Assembly: GCA_028865035.1 (NCBI GenBank)
Contig: JAGWLB010000004.1
Coordinates: 1,294 to 65,293 of the forward strand
Length of the DNA stretch: 64,000 nt
Direction of reading: 5' to 3'
Origin: Patescibacteria group bacterium
GTDB lineage: Bacteria; Patescibacteriota; Minisyncoccia; Phycocordibacterales; UBA9973
Every line of letters begins with the position of its first letter. Positions within the stretch are counted from its first letter, which is position 1. The notes below the pieces were generated by a model. The model worked only from the letters and a program-made list of their open reading frames with translations, ran no database searches and was not told the DNA's origin. This document shows positions 58,339 through 64,000 of the stretch, piece after piece. The translations under genes and the position numbers were made by a program.

Positions 58339-58752
58339 TTATTTATTAATTAATGATGAGTGAAGAGTATCTCCTTTGTGAGCCCTACCATACACTAGCT
58401 CTATTTCTGGTAAAACTTTGTCATCTATTGCTTTAGTAATACTATCAAAAAGATTTTGCTGATCATAGCCTAGGTATACGATATCTGGTTTAATTTCTTT
58501 AAGAATATTATATGTACCTAAATCTTTGTCGCCCAAAAATACTAAATCTATATCTGGAACTTTTACAAGTTCATTAATTCTATCGACTTCGTTCTTTAAA
58601 GGTAATTTATTTTTGATCTTTTTTACCATTTCATCACGAGTAACGACTGCTACAAGCTTATCACCTTTTGTTTTTGCTTCACGTATAAAGACACGATGGC
58701 CTTCGTGAATACCATCAAATACTCCAAAAATTGTAACTGTTTTGTGATTCAT
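58339..58752 (-). CDS. cytidylyltransferase-family protein (RibL-type FAD synthase-like)
   Basis: FGVFDGIHEGH, LGYDQ, HSS. Confidence 0.85.
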   Translation of the reverse strand: MNHKTVTIFGVFDGIHEGHRVFIREAKTKGDKLVAVVTRDEMVKKIKNKLPLKNEVDRINELVKVPDIDLVFLGDKDLGTYNILKEIKPDIVYLGYDQQNLFDSITKAIDDKVLPEIELVYGRAHKGDTLHSSLINK

Positions 58753-58754
58753 TG

Positions 58755-59060
58755 TTAGTGTATTTCTTTCATCATCCACTCTTTGTATGGATGATTGACA
58801 CGCCTGACATCCACACCTGCTATGAGGGGTACGCTATATGTATGATTATCATTTATAATATTTGTGACACTATCGATTTTTGATTCAAAAGTGGTAACCA
58901 TAAGCATAATTTGAGATAAACATTTAAAAGCACCGTCCCAATTATAACAAGATTTTATAGGCCAAAAATCAACGCAAGCACCAATTTTATTCTCAATGAT
59001 TAATGCTCCAAGCTTTTCGGCTTCTTCTGTGTTTTCACACATTGTATATATAAAAACCAT
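58755..59060 (-). CDS. cutA: divalent-cation tolerance protein CutA
   Basis: EEAEKL, GACV, YNWDG, HTYSVP, YKEW. Confidence 0.88.
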   Translation of the reverse strand: MVFIYTMCENTEEAEKLGALIIENKIGACVDFWPIKSCYNWDGAFKCLSQIMLMVTTFESKIDSVTNIINDNHTYSVPLIAGVDVRRVNHPYKEWMMKEIH

Positions 59061-59135
59061 AATATATAAAGCTTTATTTAAATAATGAGACCTTTATATA
59101 TTAAGTGTAGCACTCTTGGCTTAAAAAGAAAGATA

Positions 59136-60611
59136 TTATATTAAAGGCTCACTAGCACTACTATTGATAGCAGATTTATCTGCGTCATCATAATTTGAAT
59201 TCTTACCGCCAGTAATTGCTGCTTTTTCTTGAGCAGAACGAATAATGGTAGACTCTTCTTCTATAATTAACTGTTGAGCATCATCTGCAGGTATAGCATA
59301 CTTACGTCGTGATGCAGCTATAACTTGATCTCTATACGATGGATGTGTTGCAGGGAGAACACGCAATGTCTCAGCAGAGAATGGATCATAACTTTCACCA
59401 TCTATAGTCATCTTAATATAAAATTCTCCTACTCCAAGATTAATCATATCCTTAACATCAAAAATAGGAGAAAATTCTGGCTTAAGCTTTACTGCATCGT
59501 CACCACCAACACGAAATGAAATAATGGATCCGACATTTCCTAGAACTGCTTGCTGAACTTTTGGTAAAAGCTGACCGACGTACTGATGAGCTACCGTCAG
59601 ATTAATACTATATTTGCGAGCCTCAGATAATATGTTCTCAAAAGTATCTGTTACAATATTCTGGAACTCGTCTACATATAGATAGAAATCATTCCTATCT
59701 TTTGGGTCAAGCTTTGCGCGAGCCATACCAGCTTGCTTAATCTTTGTTAGGAACATAGAACCAAAGAAGGATGAATTCTCTTCACCAATTTTCCCTTTTG
59801 AAAGATTAATGAGAAGAATTTTTTGATCATTCATAATTTTCTCTAGATCAATCTTATTTTCTTTTTGACCGAAAATATTACGAAGCATAGGGTCAGACAA
59901 GAATTGTCCGAGCTTGTTAACTAGCGGGATAATAGCATCTGTATCGAACTTTTCTGACCAGTCAGCGAATTCTATTGCCCAGAATCTTTTTACCATATCG
60001 TCTTCTATATACTCTACTACTTTCTGACGATAGTTTCGGTCAGTTAGCATTGATATCATGCCTCGCATAGTAGCGTGAGGATAATCTAAAAGAGCAAGCA
60101 CTGTAAAACGAAAAACGTGCTCGAGGCGTGGTGTCCAGTTTGCACCGAACTGTTTGCGTAAAACTTCTATCAAACCTTGGGTTAACTGGTGCTTGAATGT
60201 AGGATCAACATTTGCGAGTGGATTAAACGATGAAGGAAAGTCAACATCACTAGGATCGATAATACAAACGTCTTCAATACGATCTTCTGGTATAAAATTC
60301 AATATGTCTTCTATAAGCTCACCGTGTGGGTCGATAATACAAATACCATAGCCATATGCTATGTCCTGACGAATCATAAGCTCTTGAAGCTTAGACTTAC
60401 CTACACCAGACTTACCTATAATATATAAATGACGCCTACGATCAATACGCTTAATACCGAAAACAAACTTCTTTTCTTCTAAAGAGGCTACGTAATTAGT
60501 GCGTCCAATGAAGGATACCTCACTTGGATCAGATTGACCGAGAGTTGGTAAATCGGGTGGTGGTGGAGCATATTTTATAATCTGAATCTTGTTGGGCTTA
60601 TTAAGTGACAT
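59136..60611 (-). CDS. VirD4/TraD-like ATPase (second paralogue)
   Basis: GKSGVGKS, DPHGEL, LYVDEFQN, SEARKY. Confidence 0.88.
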   Translation of the reverse strand: MSLNKPNKIQIIKYAPPPPDLPTLGQSDPSEVSFIGRTNYVASLEEKKFVFGIKRIDRRRHLYIIGKSGVGKSKLQELMIRQDIAYGYGICIIDPHGELIEDILNFIPEDRIEDVCIIDPSDVDFPSSFNPLANVDPTFKHQLTQGLIEVLRKQFGANWTPRLEHVFRFTVLALLDYPHATMRGMISMLTDRNYRQKVVEYIEDDMVKRFWAIEFADWSEKFDTDAIIPLVNKLGQFLSDPMLRNIFGQKENKIDLEKIMNDQKILLINLSKGKIGEENSSFFGSMFLTKIKQAGMARAKLDPKDRNDFYLYVDEFQNIVTDTFENILSEARKYSINLTVAHQYVGQLLPKVQQAVLGNVGSIISFRVGGDDAVKLKPEFSPIFDVKDMINLGVGEFYIKMTIDGESYDPFSAETLRVLPATHPSYRDQVIAASRRKYAIPADDAQQLIIEEESTIIRSAQEKAAITGGKNSNYDDADKSAINSSASEPLI

Positions 60612-60642
60612 ACTATATTAAGTATACCAGAAAATAAAAAAG

Positions 60643-60669
60643 CAGGAATGGTTTAGTAGGCCATTCCTG
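60643..60669 (-). terminator. intrinsic terminator
   Basis: CAGGAATGG-N9-CCATTCCTG with minus-strand T tract. Confidence 0.65.
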
Positions 60670-60688
60670 AAATATTTCTTTATAAAAG

Positions 60689-61129
60689 TTAGATAACAAA
60701 ATCATCTTTTGTTTTATAAAGATAAAAATTCTTTTCATCAATCATCAAGCGGTTTTTTAATTGTACCAATTTAAAACACCCTATATCTAAGATTTGGTCT
60801 AGGAAAGTTTTTCTTTCTTCCATTTGCTTAGCTTCAATTAATCTATGCTTAACAGAACCATTAAGTATAAGGTGAAAGGCAGAGTTGTGAGTAGTATTAA
60901 TTCTAATGTAATTAATATCACCTAATAATTTTTCTTTTCTCAGTGAAGTAGTTATTTTCTCTAAGATTTTCAACGGGGTTCCGCTTGGGTAAGTAAATAT
61001 AACAACGCCGTTATTGGGTAAATTGTCTAAAAGATATTCTATCTTTTTTACCATTTCAGATTGATTTTCCAACTGTAAAGTAAAGTAATTTTCAATATCC
61101 TTGTTGTTATTTTTTAAACTAACGAACAT
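60689..61129 (-). CDS. hypothetical protein (orphan); start moved to ATG 61129
   Basis: TTGACA-16-TATACT at 61196-61169; terminator downstream. Confidence 0.65.
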   Translation of the reverse strand: MFVSLKNNNKDIENYFTLQLENQSEMVKKIEYLLDNLPNNGVVIFTYPSGTPLKILEKITTSLRKEKLLGDINYIRINTTHNSAFHLILNGSVKHRLIEAKQMEERKTFLDQILDIGCFKLVQLKNRLMIDEKNFYLYKTKDDFVI

Positions 61130-61228
61130 AATTATAAAATTTAATTTGAACAATATTATTTCTATAAGAGTATACTCTAAAACATATTTATGTCAATTTA
61201 GGTAAGCTTATAGTATAATCTATATCAT

Positions 61229-62512
61229 ATGGACGAGAATAATAAAGAAAGTCTATTTCAAGAAGGACAAAGTTATATAAAAAAACTTGGTCCTGGACTT
61301 ATCACAGGTGCAGCTGATGATGATCCATCGGGAATTGCAACTTATTCACAAACCGGAGCTCAATATGGAACCAGTCTACTATGGTTAGCTGCTTGGACAT
61401 TTCCACTTATGACAATTATTCAGGAGATGTGTGCTCGCATTGCTCTTGTAACAGGTAAGGGCCTAGCTGCAAATATTAAAAATGCTTACTCAAGAAAGGT
61501 TCTCTATGTATGTACTTTATTGCTTTTTATGGCAAATACTTTAAATATCGGAGCTGATCTAGGAGCTATAGCTAAAGCTATCGAGCTTATAATACCTAAT
61601 GCGTCATTTGTCTTTTCAGTAATATTCGTAGGAATATTTGGATTAATGCTAGAAGTTTTTATCCCCTATCAAAAATATGTAAAATATTTAAAATGGCTAG
61701 TTATCACTTTGTTCTCTTATATACTAACTGGACTAATTATACATATGAATTGGTCAACTTTATTTAAAGACGCCATGATACCTCATATGACTTTTTCAAA
61801 AACTCAAATCTTACTTATCACTGGTATCCTTGGTACAACTATTTCCCCCTATTTATTTTTCTGGCAAACTTCTCAAGAAATAGAAGAAAAAATAAAAGAA
61901 GGTAGAACCACAGTCCACTCACGCCGAGGGACAAACAAAAATGAAATAAAGAAAATGCGCACTGATGTATGGTTCGGGATGTTTGTCTCGAACTTAGTTA
62001 TGTTCTTTATTATTGCTGTCTGCGCAAACACGCTATTTGTACATGGTATTACAAACATAAATACTGCAAGTGACGCAGCACTTGCCTTGTCTCCTCTTGC
62101 TGGTCCGTGGGCCACTTTACTTTTTGCAATTGGAATTATTGGGACTGGTTTACTTGCCATACCTATACTTGCAGGGTCTGCTTCGTATGCTATATCAGAG
62201 AGTTTTGGCTGGAAAGAAGGTTTATATCGAAAGCTAAATGAAGCTCGAGCGTTTTATGGAATTATTATTATATCTATAATCATTGGAATCATTATTAATT
62301 TCATAGGTATTGATCCGATAAAAGCTCTACTCTATGCTGCTATTGTTAACGGTCTTATCGCCCCGATTATACTATTATTCATTGTTCAAATAAGCAGCAG
62401 TAAAAAAGTTATGGGGCACTATAAAAATTCTAAAATTATTAGCACTCTTGGTTGGATTGTAACTTTACTAATGGGTATCACCGCTATCGGGGCAATCTAT
62501 TCAATGTTTTAA
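61229..62512 (+). CDS. NRAMP-family divalent metal transporter
   Basis: GPGLITGAADDDPSGIATYSQ, GTTISPYLFFWQ. Confidence 0.92.
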   Translation: MDENNKESLFQEGQSYIKKLGPGLITGAADDDPSGIATYSQTGAQYGTSLLWLAAWTFPLMTIIQEMCARIALVTGKGLAANIKNAYSRKVLYVCTLLLFMANTLNIGADLGAIAKAIELIIPNASFVFSVIFVGIFGLMLEVFIPYQKYVKYLKWLVITLFSYILTGLIIHMNWSTLFKDAMIPHMTFSKTQILLITGILGTTISPYLFFWQTSQEIEEKIKEGRTTVHSRRGTNKNEIKKMRTDVWFGMFVSNLVMFFIIAVCANTLFVHGITNINTASDAALALSPLAGPWATLLFAIGIIGTGLLAIPILAGSASYAISESFGWKEGLYRKLNEARAFYGIIIISIIIGIIINFIGIDPIKALLYAAIVNGLIAPIILLFIVQISSSKKVMGHYKNSKIISTLGWIVTLLMGITAIGAIYSMF

Positions 62513-62646
62513 CGAACCAAGTCAGTAGTATAACACTGAAATCTTGAAACCAAATATAAAACTGGATATTTAAAACGTATTAAATTATAAATATAATTAC
62601 TAAAGAATACAAAGAATTTCCATACCCAACCAAAGAGGTAAGTATT

Positions 62647-63564
62647 TTAAAATGTTTTATTAATCTGATCTTTTAAATTGTTACAGAATTTAATTATTGT
62701 TTTATATGCTTCATCATTATCAATAACATTTTGATATTTTTTAATAGTATCTTCATGATCAATAATTAATCTTTGTATTTGTGCCAGCATGTCATTATAA
62801 GATGCTGCAATGTACCGCCTTTTTTGTGCTTTTGCATATAAAGCAAAAGCTTCAAGCTGAGCCTCTATTTCAAGCAGAGTCTTAGCTTTCAAAGGATGAT
62901 CATATAGTAGATTTTCTTGTCCATCTGCCCACAACTTAAGTGCCTGTATGATTTTATTTCTTTCAACAGCAATAATAACATGAGGCATGGGCTTTTCCTT
63001 GGCATTATCAGATTCGTAAAAAGTTAAATCTGATAATTTACCTAAATTGATTTTACTCCTAACTTTATTTAATTTTTGAGTCAACCCTTTGCTATGTGAA
63101 AAAGTTACATCTGTACCTAGTGTAAATTCTCTATTTTCAGTCTCAACAACAAAATCAATACCATTAATATAATCATCAAATTTTGATGTTTTCCATACCA
63201 GAGCGTTTGGTATCCAACCCTTCTTTCCACCAAGCATATTATAAAATAATGCCTCTAAATATTTTGATATTACTTTATAATCAAGACTCTGTGTATAATT
63301 ATCGTCAATTTCGCTTTTTATACTATTTACCTTATCACTTTTTTCAAAAATATCTTCATATTCTTTGACTTTTAAATTACATTCATTTACGAACTTTTCG
63401 TCATACGGAGGTTTACCTAAAAAATCATCTGCCGTTAGAGCATCTTGTTCCATCTTTTCAAATTCTTTTTCCAAAAAAGACTCTTGTTCCGGTGAAAAAG
63501 GGTTTTCATTTTCCAAATTTTCATTAGATGTGTATTCTTTTTGATTTCTATTAAATGATTCCAT
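62647..63564 (-). CDS. hypothetical protein, possible PD-(D/E)XK-like fold
   Basis: LEAL..TSKFDDYINGIDFVV..GTDVT. Confidence 0.65.
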   Translation of the reverse strand: MESFNRNQKEYTSNENLENENPFSPEQESFLEKEFEKMEQDALTADDFLGKPPYDEKFVNECNLKVKEYEDIFEKSDKVNSIKSEIDDNYTQSLDYKVISKYLEALFYNMLGGKKGWIPNALVWKTSKFDDYINGIDFVVETENREFTLGTDVTFSHSKGLTQKLNKVRSKINLGKLSDLTFYESDNAKEKPMPHVIIAVERNKIIQALKLWADGQENLLYDHPLKAKTLLEIEAQLEAFALYAKAQKRRYIAASYNDMLAQIQRLIIDHEDTIKKYQNVIDNDEAYKTIIKFCNNLKDQINKTF

Positions 63565-63630
63565 AGTTGTCTAATTATACCTATTAATAATTAATTTTAC
63601 AAAATTGCTTCTTTGGGTATTTAATCAGAC

Positions 63631-63837
63631 GGACCATACAGGAATCTCTCGACTTACTGTCGCGGGTACTTTTCTGAATTTGTGGTCACAAATCACTAAG
63701 TATAATTTTTCACTACGTTCAAATTCTACGTAAGTGTTCGCGACTCCAGCTCGCAGTTTTGTTTGCTAACAAAACATCGCTGCGCTTTCCACAGCTAAAA
63801 AACAGCACGTAGGTGCTGTTTTTCTAAACGCTGTGGA
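63631..63837. repeat. structured ~200-bp element between the tRNA-Ala 3' end and a degenerate copy of it
   Basis: GGACCaTACAGGAaTC (63631) vs GGACCcTACAGGAcTC (63835); several internal hairpins. Confidence 0.6.
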
Positions 63838-63906
63838 CCCTACAGGACTCGAACCTGCCACCCCCTCATTGCAAATGAGGTGCTCTACCAGATGAGCTAA
63901 GGGCCC
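63834..63906 (-). tRNA. tRNA-Ala(TGC)
   Basis: GGGCCCT..AGGGTCC-A, loop TT-TGC-AA. Confidence 0.95.
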
Positions 63907-64000
63907 AATGTATATCTTTTCTCTAAACTTAAATAACTTCTACTTTACCCTCGTGGCGCTACAGATAGCTAAGGGCCCAATGTATATCTTTTCTCTAAAC
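63895..64000 (+). repeat. 34-bp direct repeat of the tRNA-Ala 5' end plus upstream sequence
   Basis: AGCTAAGGGCCCAATGTATATCTTTTCTCTAAAC at 63895-63928 and 63967-64000 (runs to window end). Confidence 0.85.

Noticed and set aside
1-64000. CRISPR array, rRNA, integrase, transposase or prophage
   Set aside because: No regularly spaced repeats or matching genes were seen by eye.

Overview
64 kb of an AT-rich, gene-dense chromosome using genetic code 11. Gene content and style point to a Patescibacteria/CPR bacterium (Parcubacteria, Nomurabacteria-like); this is inference, not a database assignment. Most of the window is core machinery: mraZ-rsmH-ftsL-ftsI-murF, scattered mur genes, PBP2, murJ, alr, lysS/valS/leuS, tsaC/tsaD/miaA, lepA, ychF, greA, rpmG, 7 tRNAs and two soluble VirD4/TraD-like ATPases. 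The first ~8 kb is an accessory region at tRNA-Glu with orphans, an XRE regulator, a trypsin-like protease and a membrane protein + TIR pair bracketed by a 21-bp direct repeat. The best leads are: (1) the TIR/TM (+protease) candidate defence cassette; (2) an HTH-MurA fusion facing murB across a perfect 18-bp palindrome, a candidate one-protein regulator of cell-wall synthesis; (3) a Bacteroidota-type primary sigma factor in its own expression cassette; (4) direct and inverted copies of tRNA ends beside 5 of the 7 tRNAs; (5) a two-tier gene architecture, with near-leaderless core genes versus leadered, terminator-bounded orphan cassettes; (6) a GIY-YIG/M48 metallopeptidase fusion; (7) 6-codon palindromic in-frame inserts in MurE and LepA. 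No CRISPR array, rRNA, integrase or transposase was seen.
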